Source of the DNA: Heterodontus francisci
Lineage: Eukaryota
Assembly (NCBI RefSeq): GCF_036365525.1
Contig: NC_090404.1
Coordinates: 6,696,001-6,760,000 of the forward strand
Reading direction: 5' to 3'
Length of the DNA: 64,000 nt
Shown in pieces: positions 1 to 10,106 of this stretch; within the stretch, counting starts at the first letter, position 1, and the number at the start of each line of letters is the position of its first letter. The translations under genes and the position numbers were made by a program. The notes beneath the pieces were generated by a model. The model searched no databases. It worked only from the letters and a program-made list of their open reading frames with translations, and was not told the origin of the DNA.

Positions 1-1859
1 GATGTATCAATAGATTGGAACAAACAATGAATTGAGGAACATCTAATGCTTGGGAAACACGATGAAGGACAGACATATTGAGAAATATCATTTTTTTTAA
101 TATGCCACTCGATTAACAGCACCCCCTCCCTCCAACCCACCATATAAGAGGGAAATATCTATTAATTCGGAAATGTCTCTCTGTCTATCTGTTTCTGTTA
201 GTTGGCACAGAGACAGTTTGTTACTCCTGTTAGTGGGGAATTGAGGGGGTATGGGAACTATGCACAAACCAGATTAATAATGCTCGATTATGGGAGAGAG
301 ACTCTTATACCAGGGGGAGGGGTCAATCGGGAATCGATCAACTCGGCGCCATTCCCCTAAAAAACGTCACCAATTGCACCTCGATATTAATAATTCATTT
401 TGCAGGGCCTTGGAACATTCGGAAAGAGTGTCAAGGTATAAAATCGGAGCAGAAATGTGTGTGGAGAAGTGATTACAGAATACTGACATACTGGCATGTT
501 ATTGGAGGCTTTATCTCCTGACAGCAGTTTTCCCCAACACCAAAGAAGTCTAACACAGAAGTGCAACCGGGTGTGAAGCAGGATTCTGCATTAACCTCAT
601 GCTATAGAGCACTGGCCTTATAATCATGCTCAATATTGTGATTTGAATCACCATATTCAGCAACGTCTCAGACGCAGCTCTGTCCGGCTGTTGCACCATG
701 TCTGCTCTAACCATATGTATCCATCTGCTCATGTTTCTTATGTTCTCATATTTGTGATTGACAAGGGAGTCAAGTGATATGGGAGGCAGACAGGAAAGTG
801 AAGTTGAGGTCACAATCAGATCAGCCATGAACTTATTGAATGGTTGAGAGGCTGGAGGGGCCGAATGGCCTAATCCTGCCCTTATTTCTTATGTTCTTAT
901 CACAGTGACCCTTTACCATTAACCTCAGAACATCTCACTGAAGTACTGAACTCACACGTGCAATTCGGGAATAATTCATTCAGTACATGAATGGACTGAA
1001 TGGAGAGCCTCTGGGGAGTGTGTTTCAGGGAGTTCAGGACATTTGAATTTGTGACCACAGTGTGCAAAAACCACAGAATATATTTCACTGTGGCAATGAC
1101 TTACAATGAATATAAGGCGGTAAATAAAGTTACAGTTTATGCTCCTTCTATGTGGGATTGTACCAGTCTCACAGAGGAACAAGTATTTATATAGGGAAGT
1201 GGAAAAATGTATCTAATGGTTTGCTATATTTCTGCTGTGATTGAAGTAATTCGGGTGAGTGATTTGTTGTGCGTGAAAGGACCACATGTTCAGAAATATT
1301 ACAATCGTCCTTTCTCAACCCAGTCATATTCTCCCTTTGAGACGAAAATTCGCCATCAGCAGAGATGGAATATCAGTACCACAGGGATACCTCAGGTTTC
1401 TCTTTGTGAATTCAGCTCGTTAGCTTCGGATAACCTGTGGATTAAAGTGATCCAGAAAATCAGGAAGGATTGAAGTCTTCAGATTGATACAAATGGAATA
1501 AAGGGGCGGGTTCGTCTTAGGAGTAGTCAATCAGAAAGATGAGAATGTAAAACAGCACCTTTCAGGCCCATCTTTCCATCTCTCCATCCGTCATTCATTC
1601 TCCCATCTATCAATCCATACATCCATCAATCAATCCGTTCATCGGCCCTTTAAACAAAACATTCAGACATCCAACGATCCATTTATTCCAACATCGCTGC
1701 ATCTGTCCCTCCATCCATACAAATCAGCATATTTATCTATTTCAGAATGTGTCCTCTCTCTGATGCCCTCTCTGTCTGTCGGTCTGTATATATGTTTGTC
1801 TGTCTGTCTACCTATCTATCTGCATATCTATAGCAATGTTATGATGTGCTGACAGATCC

Positions 1860-2185
1860 TCCAGTGGACTGTTGCTACTAACAGCGTGTCTAGACGTTGG
1901 AAGTACTTCCTTTTCTGAGAGATGGGAACAGTTCGCATAGTTCCACAACTGAAAAAAAATAAAATTGACTCCAGTATTGTTGCTGGGTAGATTTGTTTAT
2001 GAATGGGCTTCATTCACAATGTGAAGAGTTTGAAGTTGGCTTGCAGCCAAGCAGTCAGTAATGATGAAACAGATCTTTGATTTACTGCACAGAGCCCTCA
2101 GATGCTTCCTGTAAATAACATTGGGTTTTCGAGGCTCCCTGACAGCAGTTAGCTGGGTTGCTGCCAAATATTCTGCGGGGCAGAT
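1860..2185 (+). pseudogene. Possible decayed V-domain relic (light-chain- or TCR-like)
   Basis: Leader-like GLLLLTACLD near 1865-1895. SLKLAC(2042)-x11-TGA(Trp position, 2078)F..QSPQML..FSRLPDS follows, then AAKY-C-GA across a frameshift. By eye. Confidence 0.3.
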
Positions 2186-2579
2186 TAGCGTGAATAGGTA
2201 TGGACAAAAATGGGATTTAAACATTTAAACATTAACTTAATCAGCAGCGCTCTTACAAAAAAAAAAGAATGCATTTTACGTGATATCACATCGAAAGAAT
2301 GATCTTAGGTAAATTCAGTGCTCACTTCATGATATAATGGGAGCTCAAAATAATAAATTGACCCAAATGTCAATTAAATATGATTCTAGATAATTAAGAC
2401 CATTTATTTCGTACTTCATGAAGTCCTAGAGAGAGATTTTAATAACCCCATACCCACATCATATTGCTATAAGTGGGAATCGCATAATAAATAAATAGGT
2501 GGAATTGCCTTGAACCCGTTGTATTTCCTTGACCTTTCTCACAGAGGTGTGAATTACATTCAAATTGAAGACTCCTTTA

Positions 2580-2990
2580 TTACTGATAACAGCTGCGTAC
2601 CGTACAGTTTAATTTTTGATGATTTCCATTGTCAAACTTGCCTTCTCATAGCCAGGCTACCGATGGATCGAGAAATCCCCAGTTTGTGATCCGTTTCCAT
2701 GTAGCATAGCGTTAAGTCTTGATAGCTGCATTTCTGATACCATAGTATGTTGCACAGTCTGTCGCTATTACAGTTACCTGCAATGATTTGGGTGCAGGGG
2801 GATAGATTTGCTGATCGCCCTATCGGTTCTGATTCACTAGCTCCTGTTTTTCAAAAGCTGATCTGAATTTTGCATGTCACTCCTTCATTATCAAGCAAGT
2901 CAACTTATTTTACAACTAATTTTCAAATGGCTGTCTTAGGGTAACAGAATCAACAGCCATTCGAGAAATAGAGAGAGAGAGACTTGTGTG
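2580..2990 (-). pseudogene. Decayed V-set immunoglobulin-domain relic (leader-like exon plus V exon), head-to-head with the VH; mirrored at 19390-19800 and 35708-36118
   Basis: On the minus strand a hydrophobic FLEWLLILLP is followed by an AACAG acceptor. Then C-NSDRLCNIL-WYQK...QDLTL...GISRSIGS reads in one frame, and KASLTM...YAAVIS after one frameshift. By-eye motif match only. Confidence 0.45.
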
Positions 2991-3479
2991 ATGTGAAGTG
3001 TTTCTATTCACTCTGGTCCTTAGTAGTGTAACTACAGTCATTCACGCTGCAAATAGAATCACTTCTCGATTATCCCACACATTGTTGCATAAAATGATTT
3101 TAAAAAAACATTATCGGGGATACTTTATTGCTATAGATTGAAGGGTTGGATAGCAAGAGACAGAGCAATGAGCAGTCACTTTAGACGCCCTTAATATAAT
3201 TTAATCTTAGACTTTGACATCCTTAGTGTAGTTTTGACTTAATAAAGGGGTTTAATTCACAATCCACAATGCAATTATTTATTACTGAACGCATTCTCAA
3301 CTGCAATATTTCCATTCAGTACCAAGTAACAGTTTGCATTCAAACCATATAGCCAAATATCAATCCCGAGATAGAGGTAAAAAGTTCACATTTAATAATA
3401 TCCCAGTGTAATGATATGAGTCCATTCTTTTGGTGATGTGGAAGGTGGGACGTGGATCCAGTAACCGCCTCTATCAGGG

Positions 3480-3535
3480 AATCAATAGGCGGGGCCTGTA
3501 ACCTCGCCCCCTTCTGCCAGGTTTTTAAATGCCGG
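3480..3535 (+). promoter_or_regulatory. Putative VH promoter (GC box plus TATA-like element, no octamer)
   Basis: GGCGGGGC at 3488-3495 and TTTAAAT at 3524-3530, about 90 bp upstream of the leader ATG. There is no ATGCAAAT nearby, as expected for shark IgH promoters. Confidence 0.55.
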
Positions 3536-3620
3536 TCACTGGGACCGCAATACAACATTCCGGGAGTCAGTTTGCTCAGTGAGTTCTTATCAGAACCATT
3601 TCTCCCGAATTGCCAGAAGT

Positions 3621-4095
3621 ATGAGGTCGGCGATTTCTCTCAGTCTGTTACTGGTTTTCTTATCCCGTGCGTAGTTTTGATTGTCCGTTTCTCTCACTGT
3701 TACTGTCTCAGTATTAGTCTCTCTGGAATGTTACAGAGTCAGGAATCAATTCACCAGGATTAATCCTCAGGGTTTTGATATTTTGACAGGTGTCCATTTG
3801 GATGTCGTGTTGACTCAGCCAGAGGCAGAGACCGGGAAACCCGGAGGCTCCCTGAGACTGACCTGCAAAACCACTGGATTCAATCTTGGCAGCTATAGGA
3901 TGCACTGGATCCGACAGGTTCCCGGGAAGGGGCTGCAGTGGTTGGTTCACTACAATACTTCATCCAGCAATGGTTATGCCCCAGAGATTAAGGATCGATT
4001 TACTGCGTCCAAAGAAACTTCAAATAATATCTTCACTTTGGACATGAAGAACCTGAAGACCAAAGACAGCGCCATCTATTACTGTGCAAGAGAAT
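3621..4095 (+). CDS. IGHV: Immunoglobulin heavy-chain variable gene segment (shark IgM-type VH), unrearranged; leader exon 3621-3666, intron 3667-3789, V exon 3790-4095
   Basis: ATG at 3621 gives [15 protein letters not shown], followed by a phase-1 GT donor (3667) and AG acceptor (3788-3789). The spliced product continues (R)[25 protein letters not shown]...[13 protein letters not shown]...KDRFTASK...[10 protein letters not shown] with both Cys and the Trp intact and no stops. An RSS follows immediately. Confidence 0.97.
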
Positions 4096-4134
4096 CACAG
4101 TGAGGGGAACCAGGGCTGGAACCGGACAAAAACA
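4096..4134 (+). other. 23-RSS of VH
   Basis: CACAGTG (4096-4102), 23-bp spacer, ACAAAAACA (4126-4134). Confidence 0.97.
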
Positions 4135-4523
4135 GATCGTGAGGGAGTTCGACACATTCCATCATAACCTGACGGTCAGTAATTGTATTAAATATAATGT
4201 TAACGGCAGTGTTCAGAACCAGACCATATACGGGTCTCTTACAAAACTAACCCAGCTGAGATTCAATGGAACAAATCTAAGAACGGACTGCCGTTCTGAT
4301 GAGTAATTTTGCTTATGCTGAATTTTAACCTTAAGAGTGTCAGCAATTGCAGACCTGGATAAGATGCTAGTTTCAAGGTGATTGTTACCTGTACGGAGTT
4401 ACATGGAGCTGTGTTAACTTCCTACTGCATGTTGTAAACTTTTGGATCTTTCTAAACTAGATCAGAAGTGAACTTCTATTTGAAGTGAATATTGAGAGGC
4501 AGTACCGAACAGAGAGTGAGTGA

Positions 4524-4590
4524 AGTATTTGTGCGGGTTTGTGCCACTGTGCACAGTGATACAACCTAATGGTCCACTCGTACAAAAACT
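4524..4590 (+). other. 12-RSS/23-RSS signal joint (zero-length D position)
   Basis: AGTATTTGT (4524-4532), 12 bp, CACTGTG (4545-4551) abutting CACAGTG (4552-4558), 23 bp, ACAAAAACT (4582-4590). Confidence 0.93.
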
Positions 4591-4670
4591 GACTGCGGTC
4601 TGTTTTGGCAGAGGATGTGTTCCAGTGCGGTCAGATAGAGCTGCAGCACCGAGTGCAATTCCTGACAACT

Positions 4671-6880
4671 GAATCATGCCATCATACAGCGCGGAAGGCG
4701 GCCATTCGGCCATGATACCTATACCAGCTTTTTGAAAGAGCTATCCAATTAGTTCCACTGCCCTGGTCTTTCCCCACAGAATTGCAATTTATTTCCCCTT
4801 CAATTATTTATTAAATGCTTCATTGAATGTGCTTCGACAACCCTTTCAAGCTGCGCAGTCCAGATCACAAGAGGTCGAAGTGCAAAACAAAGTCCTCATC
4901 ATCCCTTTAATTATTTTCCCAGTCACGTTGCAGCAGTGTCCTCCTGTTGAGCACCTTTCTGCCATTGGAAGCAGTTTCTCTCTATCTGCTCCATCAAACC
5001 CATCCTAATTTTGAACATTTCTATTTACATAGAACATAGAACATAGAACATAGAACATACAGCACAGAACAGGCCCTTCGGCCCACAATGTTGTGCCGAT
5101 CCTTTGTCCTCTGTCAAGGACAATTTAATCTATACCCCATCATTCTCCTTTATCCATATACCTATCCAAAAGCCTTTTGAAAGTCCCTAAAGTTTCTGAC
5201 TCAACAACTTCCCCGGGCAAGGCATTCCATGCCTCGACCACTCTCTGGGTAAAGAACCTTCCCCTGACATCCCCCTTATATCTCCCACCCTTCACCTTAA
5301 ATTTATGACCCCTTGTAACGCTTTGCTCCACCCGGGGAAAAAGTTTCTGACTGTCTACCCTATCTATTCCCCTGATCATCTTATAAACCTCTATCATGTC
5401 ACCCCTCATCCTTCTCCTTTCTAATGAGAAGAGGCCTAGAATGTTCAGCCTTTCCTCGTAAGACTTATTCTCCATTCCAGGCAACATCCTGGTAAATCTC
5501 CTCTGCACCCTCTCCAAGGCTTCCACATCCTTCCTAAAATGAGGCGACCAGAACTGCACACAGTACTCCAAATGAGGCCTTACCAAGGTCCTGTACAGCT
5601 GCATCATCACCTCACGGCTCTTAAATTCAATCCCTCTGCTAATGAACGCTAACACCCCATATGCCTTCTTCACAGCCCTATCCACTTGAGTTGCAACTTT
5701 CAATGATCTATGCACATAGACCCCAAGGTCTCTCTGCTCCTCCACATGCCCAAGAACCCTACCGTTAACCCAGTATTTTGCATTCATGTTTGTCCTTCCA
5801 AAATGGACGACCTCACACTTTTCAGGGTTAAACTCCATCTGCCACTTTTCAGCCCAGCACTGCAACCTATCCAAGTCCCTTTGCAGACGACAATAGCCCT
5901 CCTCGGTATCCACAACTCCACCAACCTTTGTATCATCTGCAAATTTACTGACCCACCCTTCGACTTCCTCATCCAAGTCGTTAATAAAAATCACAAACAG
6001 GAGAGGACCCAGAACTGATCCCTGCGGCACGCCACTGGTAACTGGGCTCCAGGCTGAGTATTTACCATCTAAGACCACTCTCTGCCTTCTATCAGTTAGC
6101 CAATTCTTAATCCAACTGGCCACATTCCCCACTATCCCATGCCTCCTGACTTTCTCCATAAGTCTACCATGGGGGACCTTATCAAATGCCTTACTAAAAT
6201 CCATGTACACCACATCCACTGGTTTACCCTCATCCACTTGCTTGGTCACCTGCTCAAAGAATTCAATCAGGCTTGTGAGGCAAGACCTACCCCTCACAAA
6301 ACCGTGCTGACTGTCCCGAATCAAGCAGTGTCTTTCCAGATGCTCAGAAATCCTATCCCTCAGCACCTTTTCCATCAACTTGCCTACCACCGAAGTAAGA
6401 CTAACTGGCCTGTAATTCCCAGGGTTGTTCCTATTCCCTTTCTTGAACAGGGGCACAACATTTGCCACCCTCCAATCACCTGGTACCACCCCCGTCAGCA
6501 GAGAAGATGAAAAGATCATTGCCAGCGGCTCTGCAATTTCATCCCTTGCTTCCCATAACCTGATTAATCTGATCTCATCCGTCTTTGCTCAAACGAGAAC
6601 AATCCCAGTCTCCACCGTCTCTCAATATAACTAAAGTTCATTATCCCTAGTGCCAGTCCAATACATCTTCTCTGCACACATTCGAATCCTTGGCATTCTG
6701 TCTAAATTGTGGTTTTCAGAATTGTATATAGTTCTCTGGCTGAGGTCTAAACAGTGAGTTATCGAGGTGCAGTAAAATTCCGTTGCCTTTGCACTCTATG
6801 CCTCTATGTATAAAATGTCACAATGCTATGTGTTTGTTTTCAACAGATCATTAACTTGTCCTGCCACCTTCAAATAGGAT
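4671..6880 (-). mobile_element. Old degraded CR1 LINE 3' fragment, interrupted by a younger CR1 at 5027-6562
   Basis: CR1-type 3' tail (GGCCATTCGGCC) near 4700. Degenerate RT C-terminal sequence at 4730-5026 resumes at 6563-6880. Confidence 0.65.
5027..6562 (-). mobile_element. Young 5'-truncated CR1 (HER1-like) LINE with an open 459-aa RT ORF (5140-6519)
   Basis: RT motifs YRPVSLTS, QHGF, DFSKAFDKVPH, GVPQGSVLGP and FADD, plus the CR1 C-terminus RPHLEYCVQFWSP. The 3' end is (TTCTATG)n. No endonuclease domain is present. Confidence 0.95.
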
Positions 6881-7770
6881 GAAGTAGCAAGTAGAGAACA
6901 GCGGATGATGGGCGAGGTGTTGAGGGAAAATTCCTCCATGGGGCAAGTCACGAAGTGGAGCTGGAGTTATCAGAGCAAATAAACAATACATGATCAGTGC
7001 TGAGGAAGGTGGCGCATTAGTACAACCGAAGAATGAGGGACTGGGTGTCCACTTCAATATACATATCGAGCTTCCTACTCCACTTCCACAGAGGTCACAA
7101 GCTACCGAGTTAGCAGGGAGCTGCCTTCCGTCTTATTGATCTCAAGACAACCTAAACTTAAATGAACCTTCCATCAGATGTCACACGCACGTTACTCCCA
7201 TCTCCTTGCCCCCACAAATATGCAGACGCAAAATTAAAAGCTGGTACTTTTTTCTTCCTACCAGTCTTGCTCAAGGTGCTATTTTTAGCACAAAGGGGGA
7301 GGTAGCAATATGGAATTCTGTCCCCTAAAAGACTATGGATTCTTGGGGGGGGGGGGTGGGGGTGGAGGGGTTGGAGTTGGACCTTTCAATATTAAGATTG
7401 ATACATTTTTGTTTGGTATCAAAAGATGTGGCGCAAAGGTGGATAAATGGAGTGAGGTAAACATCAGACATGATGCAATGAAATGACAGAGCAAGCGGGA
7501 GGGATGAATGGCTCCGTCCTGTTCTTATTTAACAGGCCCAAAAAGCTGAAAGACCTCCTCCTGTTCTCATGTTGCTGTGCGAGGTTGTGAAGAGATTTGG
7601 AGCAGAGACGTGTGACCAGCCCGAGATCAGCCGGGATCTAATTCTATGGCAGAATATTTTCAAGAGTCCCAATGTCCTCCTTATTATCCTATGTTGCCTC
7701 TGTAAGTGTGTCAATGCGTATGGAGCTAAGGCAGGTAAAAAGGTTAAGATGCAAATCAGCCCTGGTCTGA

Positions 7771-8160
7771 TTTTATTTTTATTCGTTTGTGGGATGTGGG
7801 CGTCGCTGGCTGGGCCAGCATTTATTGCCCACCCCTGATTGCACTTGAACTGAGTGGCTTGCTAGGCTATTTCAGAGGGCATTTTCAAGCACATTGCTGT
7901 GGGTCTGGAATCACATGTCGGTCAGACTAGGTAAAGATGGCTGATTTCCCTCCCTAAAGGAAATTAGTGAACCAGAAGGGTTTTTACAACAACGGTTTCA
8001 TAGTCGTCGTAATCCTAGTTTTCTTTTAAATTCCAGATATACCAATTGATTTGAATATTTCACTCTCTGCCATAGTGGGATGCGAACTAATGTCCCCAGA
8101 ACATTAGCCTGGGCTTTGGATTACTCGTCCCGTGACATTGCCACTACGCCACTGTCTCTC
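7771..8160 (-). mobile_element. tRNA-derived SINE with a LINE-derived 3' tail (also present in the mirrored and duplicated arms)
   Basis: Minus-strand head GTGGCGTAGTGG...GTTCGCATCCC resembles A and B boxes. The tail AATAAATGCTGGCCCAGCCAGCGACGCCCACATCCC matches the LINE 3' end at about 46376-46430. Confidence 0.7.
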
Positions 8161-8361
8161 CCACTGAACGGAGGAGCAGGCTGAAGTGGCCAAATAGCGT
8201 AATCATGTGACTATCTGACAGCAATGCCAGGCAGAGAGAACAGAGCAGTCCTCCAATGTGGGGTGACAGCGATGTGCGCTTGTCCAGAGAGAACCGGCTG
8301 TCCTTCAGCTTGGTTATTTTTCCCTCCTAAGAAAAAGAATCCTCATGTGTATCAGGGAATC

Positions 8362-9745
8362 TCAGAATTATTACAGCACAGAAGGAGCCCATTCGGTCCG
8401 TCGTGTCTGCGTTGGCTTTCCGAAGGAGCAAGGTACCTGGTGCCAGTGTCCCACCTTCTCCCCAAAACCCTGCACATTCTTCCCTTTCAGATAACAGTCC
8501 AATCACCTTTTGAATGCCACGATTGAACCTGCCTCCGCCACAGTCTCAAGCCGTGCATTCCAGATCCCAACCACTCGCTGTGTGAAAAATCTTTTCCTTA
8601 TGTCTCCATTGCTTCTTTTGCCAACCTTAAATCTCTTCCCTCTTGTTCTCGATCCTTCCACCAATGTGAACCGGTTTCCCTTACCTACTCTGTCTGCACT
8701 CCTTGTGATTTTTAGGGCGGCACAGTGGCGCAGTGGTTAGCACCGCAGCCTCACAGCTCCAGGGACCCGGGTTCAATTCTGGATACCGCCTGTGTGGAGT
8801 TTGCAAGTTCTCCCTGTGTCTGCGTGGGTTTCCTCCGGGTACTCCTGTTTCCTCCCACATTCCAAAGACTTGCACGTTGTTAGGTAAATTGGCCATTATA
8901 AATTGCCCCAAGTATAGGTAGGTGGTAGGGAAATATAGGGACAGATGGGGATGTGGTAGGAATATGGAATTAGTGTAGGATTAGTATAAATGGGTGGTTG
9001 ATGGTCGGCACAGACTCGGTGGGCCGAAGGGCCTGTTTCAGTGCTGTATCTCTAAATAAAAATAAATTAACAACTCTATCAAAGCTCCTCTCAACCTTCT
9101 CTTCTCCAAGGAAAGCAGTCTCAAACTCCCTAATATAGCTACGTAACTGAAGTTCCCCATCTCTGGAACAATTGTTGTCAATCTTTTCTGCACCCTCCAT
9201 AACGCCTTCACATCTTTCCGAACGTGTGCGATCCAGAACTTGCTACAGTACTCCAGTTGAGGCCGAACCAGTGCTTAATACAAGTTTAACATGAGTTCCT
9301 ACTCGATGCTCCTATTGATGAAGCCTAGGATACTGTATGCTTTATTAACTGCTCTCTCAACCTGTCCTGACAGCTTTAATGATTTATGCACATAGACACC
9401 AAGGTCTCTCTGCTCCTGCACTCCATTTAGAATTGTATCTTTTATATTATATTGTCTCTCTACCTACCTATTGTCTTCCTACCAAGATGAATTATTTCAC
9501 TGCATTAAATTACAGCAGCCACTTGTCCGCCTATTCCACCAACCTGTCTATGTCCTTTTGAGGTTCGACTATTCTCCTAAAATTTCAAAATGCCTGCACA
9601 TTTCGGATCATCCAAAAGTTTCGAAATTATGCCCTGTATGCAAAGGTCTAAGACATTAATATATATTAGGAAGGGCAAAGGTCTTAACACCGACCACTGG
9701 GGAATTCCACTGCAAATCTTCCTCCAGCCCGAACACATCCATTAA
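8362..9745 (-). mobile_element. Old degraded CR1 LINE fragment with an HE1 SINE nested inside
   Basis: Degenerate RT C-terminal motifs (e.g. GTTCGGCCTCAACTGGAGTACTGT = VRPQLEYC on the minus strand) with many stops and frameshifts. Confidence 0.75.
8715..9066 (+). mobile_element. HE1-type (V-SINE) tRNA-derived SINE; copies at 10724-11075(-), 13312-13663(-), 25035-25386(+), 27044-27395(-), 29632-29983(-)
   Basis: A box TGGCGCAGTGG, B box GGTTCAATTC, core TGTGTGGAGTTTGCAAGTTCTCCCTGTGTCTGCGTGGGTTTCCTCCGGG, CR1-like tail GGGCCGAAGGGCCTGTTTCAGTGCTGTAT and an A-rich end. Confidence 0.9.
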
Positions 9746-10106
9746 TTACGATTGCCCATGTTGGAGCTAAATGAGCAAAGGATATAGTCAGAAGAAACAT
9801 TTAGTTGGCAGTTGAATTTTTTGACTCTAGGTAAGTAGTAAAAAGAGGAAGCAAGTTGAAAGCAAGTTTCATGATTCGTTGCTCCAAGCGGCCGATTTAA
9901 CCATTATCACCGCCAGATGGGAGAGAGAGGAATCTCCTGCTCCCAGGACTCTATCACTCCAGATTATAACTGGGCAGCCTCTGAGGAAATTCGTTTATAT
10001 GAAAATATGAGTTTAAATTAACAAGCAGAAAAGATAACAATCACAGGCAGAATACAAAAAATGGATCCTGGCATATTCATGGAGTGAATTTCCCGGCGGA
10101 GCAGCG

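Larger units (their letters stand above)
1..10105 (+). repeat. Left arm of giant inverted repeat (mirrors 12273-19931 and 28593-38697)
   Basis: ORF-track features mirror with coordinate sums of about 22379 and 38698 (e.g. 290+38408, 5140+33558, 9471+29227). The arm probably extends left of the window. Confidence 0.97.

Noticed and set aside
1056-1072. CACAGTG-T-GCAAAAACC, a heptamer with a nonamer-like run
   Set aside because: The spacer is 1 bp rather than 12 or 23, and the nonamer-like part is not kept in the paralogue near 63897.
3332-3339. Octamer-like GTTTGCAT
   Set aside because: One mismatch and about 290 bp from the ATG; shark IgH promoters are not octamer-based.
3681-4103. ORF-track 140-aa protein MSVSLTV...ARESQ
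   Set aside because: The N-terminus is translated intron and the end runs into the RSS heptamer. The real gene is the spliced 3621-3666 plus 3790-4095.
5710-6634. Antisense and short ORFs over LINEs and SINEs here and throughout the track
   Set aside because: They are shadow frames of retroelements, multiplied by the duplications, with no independent coding evidence.
8715-8790. tRNA-like sequence and a CACAGTG at 8721
   Set aside because: This is the head of an HE1 SINE, not a tRNA gene, and there is no nonamer at 12 or 23 bp.
9797-9840. Splice donor CTAG|GTAAGT preceded by a J-length stretch
   Set aside because: There is no F/WGxG motif and no upstream RSS.
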